64,000 bases of DNA from assembly GCA_004431415.1 (NCBI GenBank), contig QPMI01000511.1, positions 1 to 64,000 of the forward strand, written 5' to 3'. This document shows positions 47,383-60,068 of this stretch, in pieces. A program made the position numbers and the translations under genes. Every line of letters starts with the position of its first letter. The first letter of the stretch is position 1. The notes below the pieces were generated by a model. That model saw nothing but the letters and a program-made list of their open reading frames with translations, had not been told where the DNA came from and searched no databases. This DNA is from Cyanophora paradoxa CCMP329 (taxonomy: Eukaryota > Plantae > Glaucophyta).

Positions 47383-48330
47383 ACCCGGCGCCGGACAAGA
47401 CGGCCTCCTGCTGTGCGCTGCCGCACGCGAGGCACCCCTGGTGACGCGGCATACTGGTAGCGAAAACCGTTATTGCTAGGCTAGACTGCTACGGTGCTAC
47501 GCTGGTAACACTGCTACCCCGGTAGCTCGCCGAGGCTCGAGGCCCGCCAAGACTCGTAACTCGTGAGCGGGCCAGGCGCAAAGCGCTGGGCGCTAGCTCC
47601 GAGGCTCTCAGGGCAGACTCGCGAGCTCTGCCAGGCTCTGACTCTATATAGCTAGCCTCTGATCCGGGGGAGCTTCTCAGCGGCTGCAGCGCTAGTCTAG
47701 TAACGCTAGCTGCGCACTGCGGCAAGGCTGCATGCGCAGCCGTGAGTCCGTGACCGGAACACGTGACCCTAGCCATCAGCGCCGGGCGCGGCCGCTTGCA
47801 ATTGCGGGCCAATTTGCGGCGGCGCCGGCGACCCGTCGACGCCGCGCCGGCGGGGCGTTACGCGTACGGTGAATGCGAACGTTGACGTCGACGACGCGAC
47901 GTTAACTGGCGCCGGGCCGGCCGGAATTCGAATTCGAAGGCTCCCAGACGGGTGGGTTTTTTTAGTTTTTCGAGCCTGTACCCACATCAGCTAGCAAGAA
48001 ACGCTTGGCGCAGGCAGCAGTCCGGCCGCTCTCTTACGAACCCGCAGGAGCAGAGGCATAGGAAAAAGCTTTGCAGACCGATTCCGCGCCGCGCGCGCGG
48101 AGTTGCTAATAGTCGGAGGCGATCGCCCAACCATCTCGCGCACACAGCTAGCTATATCGTTGATGCGGTACTTCAGGATGGCTAACCGCTTGCTTGCCCC
48201 TTGAGCCCCAGCTGGCCGGCAGCGCAGGCCGCGCCACCGCTGCGCTCGCCCCTTGCTTTCCCGAGTAGTTGATCAGCCATAGCCCAGCTTATTCCCTTCT
48301 TGCCACGCTTCTCCCCAGCAGCCAGCCACC

Positions 48331-51300
48331 ATGGCAGCTGGACCTCGGATGAGCCTAAGCCCTGGAATGATGAATCTGCAGGCGGTTCTCCCGTACGTGC
48401 CCGGGGGATTGCTTGCAACTGCTCCGGGCATAGCCCAGCTGAAGGCGCTCCAGGCTGGCCAGGCACGACCCGCCAGCCGCCAGTCTCTCGCGCCCGCTGA
48501 TCTGCCCCACAGAGGGTGTCCGTGGCGACATACGAGGGGGCCGGCTTGCTCCTCGACAGTGCGTTCCGCTCGCTGGCGGTCCAGCGGCGCACCGCTTGAA
48601 CCCCGTTCGCAGTCGCCGGCTTCTCGGCCCTCGCTCGCGATCTCACGAGGAGTAACAGCTCGACCGCGTGCGAAAAGCTGACGGAGACGCTGAACGGTCC
48701 GCCGGGACCAGCGCGCGCGCTCGCGGTCGGCGGCGGCTTGACCGGACCGGCCCGCAGCGTTCTTCCTGGAGCTCATGAAGCGCCTGCACAGTCGGGGCGT
48801 GGAGATCCTCCTCTTCGCCGGGACGGTGCGCTCTGCGTCTGAGGTCGCCGGGGAGCGGCTGACGCGGCGGCCGCGCGCGCGCAGCGGTGCTGGCCTTCGT
48901 GGAGAGCAACGAGCGGCGGTCGATGGGCGACGCGATCCGCCTGGCGGCGGAGGCCGCCATCGCCGTCCAGTCCATGTCCTTCAAGCGCAACAAGCACCGC
49001 CTCGTCGCCCACACGGGCCTCGGTCCGCCCGCCCCCCCGGCCCCGCCGCCGCCCTCCCGCGCCCCCGCGGGGCCTCACGCGGGGCGGCGCAGGGGCCGGC
49101 TTCCTGCAGCAGAACCTGATCGCGGGGACGGAGCGGGCGGCGCAGGCGATCTACACGGGGGACCTGGTGCGGCAGGTGTGCGAGGCGCAGCGGAGCTCGA
49201 AGGACACGGACATCGTCGTCTCCCCCGAGGCCCTCGGGCTCCTCCAGCCCATCTCCAGCTTCGGCTTCGAGCCCGTCAGCGGCGGCTCCGCGCTGCACCG
49301 CCTCCTCCCGCACGCGCACCTCCCGGGCGGCCGCCTCGCCCTCGGGGCGCAGACCTCGCGCCCCTCCACCGCCGCCTTCTCCTCGGCCCTCGCCTCGGCG
49401 CTCTCCGGCAACGGCCCGCTCTCGTACGGGTCGCCCCCACCAGCCGGGCGACGCCGCCGACGAGCCGGCCCTCCTCGATGCGCAACATCTCGCTGGCGCT
49501 CCACCCGACGAACTCGCCGCCGGGGCCCACCGGCGCCCACCAGCAGCCGCAGCCGCAGCAGCAGCAGCGGACGCCGCCGGGGCCGGCGTCGCTCTCGCCG
49601 GGGCCGGCGACCTCCTCGGCGGCCTCCTTCCGCGACTTCCACCTCGACGGGCCCCCACGGGCCCCGGCACGGGCCCCTCCACGCCCCTCGCCTCGGGCCA
49701 GCGCCGCGCCTCCGCCTCGCAGCACCCGCGCGGCTCGGCGCCCCAGTCCCCGGGCTCGCTGCTCTCCGCGGCGGGCATGTTCAACACGCTGGGGCCGACC
49801 TTCGCCGAGGCGCGGGGGCGCGAGTGCGAGTGCGGGGCGCTGCTCCCCGCCGCCTCGGTCGCCCCGGAGCTCGCCCTCGCCCCCTTCGAGGCCCAGGTCA
49901 TGTCCCTCGCCCCCGGTCCGCCCCGCCCGCCCCCCCGCCCCCCGCCGCCCGAGGCCGGCGCCGCTGACGGGGCCGGGGCGCGGCAGCGGCGGTGGCGGGG
50001 GGCGAGCAGAAGGCCTTCTGGGCCTCGGACATCCGCACCGTCTACGTCATCTTCGGTGCCCCCCGCCCCCCCGCCTGCTCGCCGGTGCCTCCGCTGACGC
50101 CCCGCCCGGCCGCTCTGCAGCCTCCTTCCCAGGTGCGGCTGCGAGGGTCCGGCCGCTCGCGGGGGGGCGGGGCGCTGAGGGGGCGGGGCGCAGAGCTGGA
50201 CATCGACCGGTCGGCGCCCAAGGCGCGCACCAAGTCGCTGGCGGTAGCGCGCCTCCCGCCGGAGCTCGAGGAGGAGGAGCCGCTCGCGGCCCTCAACGCC
50301 CCCCGCCTCTCCTCCGCCTCGGGCGGGGCCGGCGGGCCCGGGTTCGCGCGGCGGCTCTCGGTGGGGCCCGGGCCCGGGGGCGACGGGGAGACGGCGGAGG
50401 TGGACGCGCACGCGGCGCGCTTCGGCAAGGTCGTGCGGGCCGTGCACCGCGTGTGCGAGGTCTACGGCGGCGCCGTCAACAAGGTCTTCCTCGACGACAA
50501 GGTCCCCCGCCCCCGCCCCGCCCCGCGTTCCCCGCCCCGCCCGCTCAGCGAGGAGGCGCAGGGCGCCTCGGCGCTCCTCGGCTTCGGCCTCCCCGGCTTC
50601 GTCCACGAGGACGAGTGCGCGCCCCCGCCCTCCCCCACGCAGCGCCCCGGCACGCCGCCCGACGTGGCGCGGCGCGGCCCGCGCGCAGCTCGGAGCGCGC
50701 GGTGCGGGCGGCGATCGACCTGGCGACCTGGTTCGAGGAGACCGACGCGCCCTTCGCCTGCGGCGTGCGCGCGCCCCGCCCCGGGCGCTCCCCCGCGAAA
50801 GCCGAGCCGAGCCGGCGCGGGGCGGGCAGATCGCGGGGGGGAGGACCTTCGTGGGGACGCTGGGGGCCCCCTGCCGCAAGGAGTACGCTCTCGTGCGCCC
50901 TCGAGCCCCCTTTCCGCCCCGCCGCCCCGCCCCCGCGCTGGCCGAGGCTGATGCGGGGTGACAGATCGGCGACTCGGTCGTGCGCCCCCGCGCCCTCGCC
51001 CCGCCCCGCCCCGCCCCCGCGCCGGCCGAGGCGGGACGGGGCGGCAGATCCTGGCAGCGCGCATGATGTCCGAGGCGCGCGTCGTCATCGCCAAGAAGGG
51101 CGCGCCCCGCTCGGTGAGCCGCCCGCCCCCCGCCCGCCGCCGCCGCCGTGCGCCGCATCGGGCGGCCGGAGCGAGGGGGTTGGGGCGGCAGCAGGAGGTC
51201 TACTGCGACGCATCGGTCTTCGAGGCGACCACCGCCGACCGCCACCCCGTGCGCCCCCGTCCGCCCCTCTCGCTTTCCTCTTCTCCTCCTCCTCCGAGCC

Positions 51301-52837
51301 GGCCGGCGGGCGGGGCGGGCAGCCGTTCGTGTTCGAGGAGCGGGAGCCGTTCAAGGCGAAGGGCTTCGCGGAGCCCGTGCGCATCTTCCGGCCTCGCGGC
51401 ATGACCGGCGACGAGACGCGCGACCAGAGCAAGGTCCCCCGCCCGCCCCCGCCCGCCCCCGCCCCCGTCCCCCGACGCCGCCCGCCGACGCCGCCCGCGG
51501 GCCCGCCAGGCGGAGTACCGCGGGCCCAAGTCGCAGGCGGTGACGTCCGCCGGGGCGGCCGGGCAGCGCGTCAAGATCCCTCCCAGACGCCCATCGCCAT
51601 CTTCGGCCGGTGCGCGCGCCCACCCTCTCCCTCGCCTTCGCCCTCCCCCGCGCCCCGGCGGCCGCGGGGGCCGACGCGGGGCGGCAGGGAGGAGGAGATG
51701 GAGAAGATGGTGCCGCTGCTGGCGAGGCACGCGCTGGAGGGGCGGGGCGCGACGATCGTGCTGGAGGGCAAGGCGGGGATGGGGAAGACGCACATCCGGC
51801 GCGAGCTGCAGCGCCTCGCCGCCCGCCGCGGCACGCCCGTCTTCTCCGCCTCGGGCAGCGCCGTCGAGTCCTCCACCCCGGTGCGCCCGCGGCCGCCGGC
51901 CCGCGCCCGCCCGAGCGGGGCCGGGGCCGAGGGCGGGGCGGGCAGCTCTCGTGCGTGCGGGCGATGGTGGCGGCGCTGGTGCCGGAGACGCGGACGGAGG
52001 AGGGGCTGCGGGGCGCGCTGGCGCAGGGCGGCCTGCTGCGGGAGGACGAGGCGGCCTTCCTCTGGCGCGCCCTCTTCGAGGAGGCGGGCGAGGCGGCGGC
52101 GCCCGGCGACGAGGCGGCGAGCACGCAGCGCTCCATGGCCAAGACCGCCCGCTCCGTCAAGCGCTCCTTCGCCGTCCGCGCCGCCTCCGGCTCCGGCTCG
52201 GGCAAGAAGGAGAGCGGCGGCTCGGGGCCAGGCGGCGCGGGGGCGCTGGGGCAGGGCGCCCTGGCGCGCCTCGCGATGGTCCTCTTCCGCCTCGTCGCCG
52301 CCCTCGTCCGCCTCCGCAGCAACGACTCGGCGCACGGGGGCGAGGCCGCCGCGGCGGCGCTGGGGCCGGGGGCGGTGGGGGTGGCCGGGGGCGCGGCGGG
52401 GCCGGTGCCGGTGCTGGAGGACCTGGCGGGGAACCCGCCGTTCGCGCTCTTCGTGGAGGATGGGCACTTCGTCGACTCGGCCTCGTGGGCCGTCCTCCAC
52501 AACCTCCGCGACGTCTCCTCCCGCATGCTCGTCCGCACCGCCCGCCCCGCCCCGCACCCCCCGCCCGCACCGCCCGCGCCGACCCCGCCGCAGCTCGTGC
52601 TCGTGACGAGGCCGATGCAGGACCCCCCGCTCGACTTCATCGCCTTGTCCACTCAGGCCCGCCCCGCCCCCCGCGCCCCCGCCCGCCCCGCCCCCGCGCC
52701 CCCCGCCCGCCCCGCGCGAACCCGGCCCGAGCCCGCCGCGCAGCCGCACGCGAGCCGCCGGCGCCTGGCGGAGCCGCAGCCTGTGGAGCTCGCAGGAGGG
52801 ACCACGCCCCGCGCCTCGGCCAACGGCGCCTCGCCCC

Positions 52838-52874
<37 letters not shown>

Positions 52875-55800
52875 GCCGCGCCCGCGAGCCCCGCATCGGC
52901 CGCCATCGCCGGGGGCGGGGTGCCCGGCACGGGCCTCGCGTCGCTGACGTCGACCCTCTTCCGGCCGGCGGCGGAGAGCGCGACGGGGGAGGGCGGCCCG
53001 GGCTCCCCGGCCTCCTCCGGGGGCGAGAGCCCGCGGCGGGCGTGGTTCGCGGCGACAGAGGGCGAGCGGCGGGCGGGCGCGGCGAGCGCGCGGAGCCTGG
53101 CGGAGGCGGCGAGCAGCGCGGCGAGCCCCGGGCGGGGGTCGAACAACAGCAGCCGGCGGCGCCTCACGTTCGCGGAGGCGGCGGCCGCTGTGCTCTACGT
53201 GCGCCTCTCGCCGCTCTCGCGGGAGGCCTCCGAGGCGCTCCTCTCGCGCATGCTCGACGGCCTCCAGATGCCCGCCCGCGACCTCGAGGCGCGCCCTCCC
53301 ACGCCCCGCCCGCCCCTTGTTCTCCTGCTTACCGGGGGGCGGGGAGCAGTACCTGCGGCAGGAGCTGCTGGCGAAGGCGGAGGGCGTGCCGCTCTACATT
53401 GTGGAGATGTCGCGGCACGTGCTGCGGGCGCGCGTGGCGGCGCAGGCGCGGGGCCTCGGGGGCGTGGACCTCACCTCGGAGATCCCGAGCTCCATCCAGA
53501 AGGTCGTCCTCTCCCAGGTCGACGCCCTCGCCAGCCACGTCCAGGTCCCGCACCCCGCCCCGCCCCGCCCCGCCCCGCCCCGCTTCGCGCCCGCCGCTGA
53601 CGCCCGGGCCCCGCTTGCCCGCGGCGCGCGCAGGCGGTGCTGAAGCTGTGCGCGGTGATCGGCTCGGGCTTCACCGTGCAGCTGCTCAACGCGATCGACA
53701 TCTCGGGATGGGCGCCGCCGCCATCCGCTCCGCCCTCGCCGCCCTCCGCCGCGCCGGCCTCATCCGCCGCGACGGCGACGGCGACGAGGAGGAGGACGAG
53801 GAGGACGTCCGCGCCGTGCGCCCCGCCCCCGCCCGCCCCGCCCGTCCCGCCCCGCCTATCGCCCCGCGCCGGGCGGCCTCTGACGCGCCGCCGGCGTGCA
53901 GGTCGTGGTGCCCTCTCGTCGCCGGAGGAGGGCGAGGGGGGCGCTCGCCGGGGCACGACCCGAGCGACGAGGTGCCCCACTCGTTCACCCACGGCATCGT
54001 CAAGGCCCGCCCCCGCCCACCCGCCCGCCGGCCCCGCCCCGCCCGCCCCGCCGCGGCTGACGCGCCGGGGGCGCGCAGGAGGCGGTGTACCAGGGGATGA
54101 CGCAGGCGGTGAAGCGGGATGTGCACTGCAACTACGCGGCGCACATCGAGGCGAGCGCCGCGGGGCGCGACCCCGCCGTCCTCGCGTGCGCCCCGCCCCG
54201 CCCCGCCCCCGCCGCCGGTCTCGCCGACGGGGTGCGTGCGCGCGTGGGGCAGGCTGCACTGGCGGCTCGGCGAGCAGCACGACCGGGCGCTCGAGTTCCT
54301 CGAGCGGGCGGCCACGCGCGCCGTCGCCCGCGGCGCCATCGTCGAGGCCCGCCGCCTCCTCTCCGAGGCCCGCCCCGCCCGCCCCGGCCGCCTCGCCCCC
54401 GGCACTCACGCCTGGCGGCAGATCGTGGAGACGATCGATGCGTTCAGCCTGGCGGGCAAGCTCCCGCGCCTCCCCGAGCGCTTCCACCCCCAGGCGCCCT
54501 CTGTCCCGCGCCCCCGCCCCACCCCTCGCCCCTCACGCGGCGGGCGGCAGGGCCTGGTGATCACGGACGTGGCGAACACGCGGGCCGGCTTCTTCCCTTC
54601 GCGGACACCAAGCCGGAGCAGAGCCGCTGGCGCCGCGTCCGCTGGGCCGCCCTCCGCGCCTGGGCCAACCTCGAGTGCCGCCCCGCCCGCCCGCCCGCCC
54701 CGATCCCGCCGGGGCCTCGCGAGCGGGCGGGGTTCGGCGCAGGACGATGCTGGGGCGCTCGGAGGACGTCGAGTGCCTCGCGGTGCGCGCGGGCGGCCCG
54801 TCTGGCCGGCCGGCCCCCCGCTCACCGCGGCGCGCGCGCGGGGCAGGGCGCGTGCCTGGAGACGCTGGGGGAGCCCGTGCCGAGCTTCAAGCCCTCCTTC
54901 TGGAGCAAGATCAGTGCGCGCCGCCCGCTCGCCCCTCCGCCGGCCGGCCTCCGAGGGGGCGGCGGGGGGCGCAGACGTGTACGCGCGGGTGGCGAAGATC
55001 GTGCTGACGGAGCCCAAGGCGGCGCGCCCGCGGGTCAAGATCGGGCAGCTCGCCGCCGGCGAGGAGGCCCAGCAGCAGCCGCAGCAGCCGCCGCAGCCGC
55101 AGGGCGGCGGCTCGCGGCCGGGGACGCCGACGGCGGCGAAGCTGGACGGGCGGACGGAGGAGGAGATCGCCGTCGTCGACTGCCTCGTCCTCATCGGCCG
55201 CTCCGTCCTCCGCGCCGGCCGCAACGAGAAGGCGGCCGGCGGCGGCCCCGCCGACAACGTCTTCCACGTCTGGGTCGCCTCCCTCGTCCGCGCCCTCGAG
55301 CTCTCCTACTCCTGCAAGGTCCCCGCCCCGCGCCCCCGCCCCCCGCCCTCCTCTCCCGCCTCAGCTCCCTCCTCCGCCAGGTGGAGGCGGAGCCCCACGC
55401 GAAGGCGCTGGCGTACGGGGCGTACCTGCTGCTCGCCCTGGGGCACCAGAAGCTCGCGCAGAAGATGATCGCCCGCGCCGACGCCATCGCCGACCGCCTC
55501 GGCGAGGACGCCGTCCGCCCCCGCCCCCGCCCCCGCCCCGCCCCGCCCCGCCCCCGCCGAGGGGCCTGCTCGCTGGGGCAGGCGCGGGCGAGCGTGTGGA
55601 CGGTGCGGGGGACGCTGGAGTGCACGGCGGGGCGCTTCGGAGAGGGCCACGCGCTCTTCGAGCGCACCATCGAGCACCTCGGCCTCGCCACCTTCCCCGG
55701 GGTGGAGCCGGCGACCCTCTCCCTCGTCACCCTCTTCCTCGCGGGGCGCCTGGAGGAGGCCGAGGAGCGCGCGCAGGCCCTCGTCGCCTTCCTCTCCCGC

Positions 55801-57037
55801 CTCGCCCGCGACGCCTTCGGTGCGCCCGCCCCGCCCGCCCCCCGCCTCGGGCGGCGTGCGAGGGGCGGGCGGGGGGCAGCGGTGGACGTGAGCACGGCGG
55901 TGACGGGCTTCGTGGCGTTCGCCGCGGGGCGCGACGACGAGGCGGCCGCGCAGCTCGACCGCCTCCCGGGGCGCCCCGCGGGCCCTCCGCCTCCTGGGTG
56001 CACCACACCGCCGCCATCCTCATCGGCCTCTTCATCTGGCGCACCCACGGCGACACCTCCAAGGCCCGGCCCCGGCCCCGGCCCCGGCCCCGCCCCCGCC
56101 CCCGCCCCGCTTGACGCCCCGGGCAGATGCTGGAGGCGTCGCGGGGGCTGCTCTTCTGGTGGCAGCACCACCAGCGGGGGGTGACGTGGCCCTACACCCT
56201 CGCCATCTTCTGCGTCCTCGACTTCCTCCACCACCGCTCCAGCGCCGCCCGCGAGCACCTCGACCGCGTCGCACGGTCCGCCCCGCCCCCGCCCCCGCCC
56301 CCGCCCCGCCCCGCCCCGCCCGCCGGCGCCGAGGCCGCCGCGCGCAGGCTGCGCAAGGCCGCCTCGAAGATCGCCGCCCCGCAGCTCACCGTCAGCGGCG
56401 GCGCGGCGGCGGCGCCGGCGGGCGCGCCGCACCTCGTCCTGCCGGCCGCCGCGAGCGCGGGCCTGGAGGCGGAGCCCTTCCGGAGCGCCTCGGAGCCCGT
56501 GCCGGCCACGCCGGGGGCGCGGCGGGCCTCCTCGCCGGGGCCTTCACGGCGGGGGCGGGGCCGGCGCCGCTGCAGAAGCCGGCGTCGCTGATCATCGGGG
56601 CGGACGACGTGCGCAAGGCGACGGGCTCGACGCTGCGGAGCGCGCAGCAGGCGGCCGAGCAGGCGGCCGGCGAGCTCCGCGACGCCATGCACCTCATGGA
56701 GGCGACCGCCGCCAAGCGCCTCCCCGCCCTCGGCCCCCTCCTCCGCCTCTTCGCCGCCGAGCGCCCGGGGCTCTCGCCGCGGCAGCGCGCGGCGGCGCTG
56801 CGGCAGGCGCGGGAGGGGCTCGCGCAGGCGGGGCTCGCCCTCTTCGAGGCGGCCGCCCTCGTGCGGCTCGCCCTCGCCGAGCCCGACCCCGCCGCCGCCG
56901 CCGAGGCCGCCGCCGCGGCCGCCGCCCTCTGCGACGAGTCGGGCCTCGAGCTGCGCGCCCTCCTCCGCCTCCAGTCGGGCGACGCCTCCCCCCGCGGCGA
57001 CGCCGCCCGCGGCCGCTACGTCTCCATCTGGATCTGA
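48331..57037 (+). CDS. Soluble adenylyl cyclase (ADCY10-like): two class III cyclase domains + STAND/AAA NTPase + helical C-terminus
   Basis: C1: LLDIAGFS, ETLNAFF, ILLFAGDA; C2: YGGAVNKVFLDDKG, FGLPG, RKEYAL-IGDSV-ILAARMM; P-loop LEGKAGMGKT; Walker B FVEDGHFVDSASW; AEGVPLYIVE; IPSSIQKVVLSQVD. Start approximate; a 1-nt G-run deletion at ~48820 is intact in the second copy. Confidence 0.88.
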
Positions 57038-57099
57038 CGCGACGCGGTCCCACCTCGCCCCGGGCCGCCTGGCCCGGCCGAAGAGGGCGGCGCGCGCCG

Positions 57100-58370
57100 C
57101 CCTCTCTCCTCGCTTTTATTTGATGCGCGCGTTTGCACCCAGGAGGTTTTCAATCGATTTGGTAGGCAGGCCAAACAGTGGTTTCAATAGCGTATTGTGG
57201 CACGCGCACTTTGTTATTGTGGCGCCCTCCTCTGCCAGAGTGGAGGGCCCCCGCCCGCTTTCTCCTCCGTGCCTCGGCTTGCAATTTACAGGATTCTGAT
57301 TTGCTTGTTGGATTTTCCTCCGTCCGTCTCTGCGGTTGGACGTGTGCTCGTTTTCACTCTTCGTTGTGGCATCGGCACCAGTTTTTGCCAGTAGCACGAG
57401 GGCCACCGGCGGATAGTGCGTGCAGTGCATTAGCTGAAGCGGCTGTTTTCTCCTCGGCTTGGAGCTGCGATTTTACTCCGCGATCCAGTATTTAAGAATT
57501 TAGACGTTGCTCGACTCTTTCGCCTGGATCTGTGCCCCGTATGTATTCATGTGCGCCTGGATCTATACGGGTATTCATGTATTCATGTGCGTAAGATCGA
57601 TTATCAATAGCCCAGGTCTTTATGCTTTGACAATACTGGACAGTATTTTACGTATGGGTCGGAGTATATGAAGCTTGCAGTGTTATCTTCAGTTTTTTTC
57701 GCGTTCTTCCTGAACGACAATCATGAATTCGATTCCTCACGTGCTTGCAATTCCCGCAGTGCCACGATGCTTGCAATTCCCGCAGCTCGAACTCGAATTC
57801 AGACGGCCGCAATTATTTGCAAACCCGACGTCGACCTTAAGGCTCGACTGCACTGCGGCATGCGCAATGGCCCCGGAAATCCTGCTCCTGCTCCTTCGAA
57901 TTCCATACATAGATCTCATATGGATGATGACAGTCACAAATTTAAATTAACTACGTATACAGTCATAGCTTGAAAACCAAAATTGATATCGATGTCGCTC
58001 ATGATATCGATCAGGCCTAGGGTGCCGGCCTTGACCCTACTGGTTATTGGCTAGCCCCACCCCTATCTATATATCTAAATTTGGCCACGGCCATGGCTCT
58101 ATCTTATATAATTAGACTTCGAGAGCCCAGACCGTCGCGATCGGATGCCAGCACTAGTACGGCCAGGCTCTGGCCATGGGCTGCCATAGCCACTGCCTGC
58201 TAACTGTAGCCTGTAGCCTGTATGCTAGGACCGGAGACGGGCAGCTGTACCGGGGGAACTTTCATTTTATGTACATGTACACGTCATTTATTATAAACAA
58301 ATTACAGATGCGGTTGGTATACGTAATTATAAGAAGCGCAAATTACCGGGGCGAGAGCGAATATTAATTG
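57100..58370. other. AT-richer intergenic tract between convergent genes
   Basis: Lower GC, many short palindromes, no recognisable protein motif. Confidence 0.45.
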
Positions 58371-58386
58371 AAGCTCAAGGGGGCGG

Positions 58387-60058
58387 TCAGGCGCCGAACT
58401 GCTTCTGCATGCGCTCGAGGCTGCGGACAAGGTCCGGCATGCGTGGCCTCCTCGCCGGCTCCTGCCGCGCCCCCTTTCACATGAGCCGGAACTCAGAGCG
58501 GGCGGGAGAGCTCGGACCTGGTCCCAGCAGGCCTCGATGGTTTGTCGGATGGGCGCCGCCACGCTCGCCGGCACCGCCAGCCGCTGGCCCGACACCTGCC
58601 CCGCCACACCCCGCCCGCCTTCAGCCGGAGGGGGAGGATGCCGGCGGGGCGGGCCGGGGCGGGCACGGTGAAGTTGATGACTTTGCCGAGGGCCCAGCCG
58701 GCGAACGGGAGCGCCCCCGTGGCCACCTCCCTGCCCGGCCCCCGCCTCAGCGCGAGGGCGGCCGGCGCGGGCGCTAGGCGGGGGCGGACCAGAGGACGAC
58801 GGCGAAGGAGAAGACGTCGGCGGAGGCGTCGTAGCGCTCGCCGCGCAGCACCTGCACCCCCGCCCGCCCGCCTCGGCGGGGGCACGTGGGGGCACGCGGG
58901 GGCATGCGGGGGGCGGGCGGGCCTCGGGGGCCATGTAGGCGGGGGTGCCGGCGACGTCGTCCCCCGCCACCATCGTCCGCGCCGTCGCCAGCCCGAAGTC
59001 CGCCACCTGCCCGCCCCCCGACCCCGAGCCCTCAGGCGCTGGGGCGGGCGTGGCTGGGAGGGGCGGGGCCGGGCCTTGACGTTGAGGCCGGCGCGGTCGA
59101 CGAGGATGTTCGCCGGCTTGAGGTCGCGGTGCTGCCCCCCGCCCGGCCTCAGCTCCCCGGGCGCGGGGGCGCGGGGGCGCGGGCGGGGGCGGGAGGCGCG
59201 CGATCATCTGGGGCCGGGAGAGGTGGAGGTAGGAGATGCCCCGCGCGATCTGCACCGCCACCCGCAGCACCTGGCCCCCCCCACGCCCCCTCAGGGGACG
59301 CGCAGCGAGCGCCGACCCCGCCCCGGCGCGCCTCAGGGACCGAGAGACGCTGCGGGGGCGGAGTCAGCCGGTGGGGGTGCGTAGGAGGGGAGAGGGGGGG
59401 GGCACCCGTCGCGCGATGAGGTCCTTCAGCGTTCCGTCGGGCTGCGGGGGATGGGGGCGTCGGGGTGGGGAGGGGTACGGAGACGGAGGAGGGGGTACCA
59501 TGAACTCCGTGACGATGGCCATGTGCTGGGGGTGAGTGCAGGCTCCGAGGTACAGCTGCCATGGAGGGGGGGGGGGGGGGGGGGATGTGAGGAGGGGTAC
59601 GGGACCGAAGGGCGTGCAGGAAGGGGGTACGAGGATGTTCGGGTGGCGGAGGCGTCCGAGGGTCGCGATCTCCTGCTGGAAGTCCTCCCGCATGGCCCGC
59701 GTCCCGTAAGACTGTACCCCCAGCTCAGAGGCTCGCTCAGGCGAGGAGGGGGGGTACGGCGCACGGCGCCCATGCTGCCAAACCCGCCGCTCGCGAGGCT
59801 CCCGCCGGCAGCCGGGCGCTTGAGCATCTGTGGGGGAGGGGGGGGGTGCGGCTCGCCCGGCGCGGGGGGGTGGCACAGGTGCGCGGGGAGGGGGGAGCGG
59901 AAGGGGGCGGGCCTTGACGGCGACCTGGGTGCCTCTCCAGGTCCCCGCGTACACCGTCGCTGCGCGGGATCGGGTCGCACGGCCCCAGCGAGGCGGCCTC
60001 CCTTCCCGGCCCTCCCCGGGCGGGCGCCTGGCGCCGGCGCACCGAAGGAGCCCTCCGA
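58387..60058 (-). CDS. Tyrosine-kinase-like (TKL/MAP3K) protein kinase, 5'-truncated at the Gly-rich loop
   Basis: EGSFATVYAGTWRGTQVAVK, FQQEIATLGRLRHPNI, IVTEFM, HRDLKPANIL, VADFGLA, GTPAYMAPE, DVFSFAVVLWE, CWDQEPARRP; no start before the junction at ~60060. Confidence 0.85.
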
Positions 60059-60068
60059 ACGGGACGGG

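Noticed and set aside
21895-48825. Frameshifts in the subtilase propeptide (~21910-21940) and cyclase (~48820) as pseudogenisation or programmed frameshifting
   Set aside because: They fall in G/C runs, and the duplicate copy shows the intact cyclase frame, consistent with homopolymer sequencing errors.
2137-57037. Very long Arg/Pro/Gly/Ala-rich ORFs in the track (e.g. 2137-5046, 48887-52606) as real or overlapping genes
   Set aside because: They arise from stop-codon scarcity at extreme GC and read through introns; motifs appear only in short exon-sized segments.
700-58310. TGTAA as a polyadenylation signal (near 706 minus, 31071 plus, 58303 minus)
   Set aside because: Found after only three genes and not evident after the others; too few cases to support.
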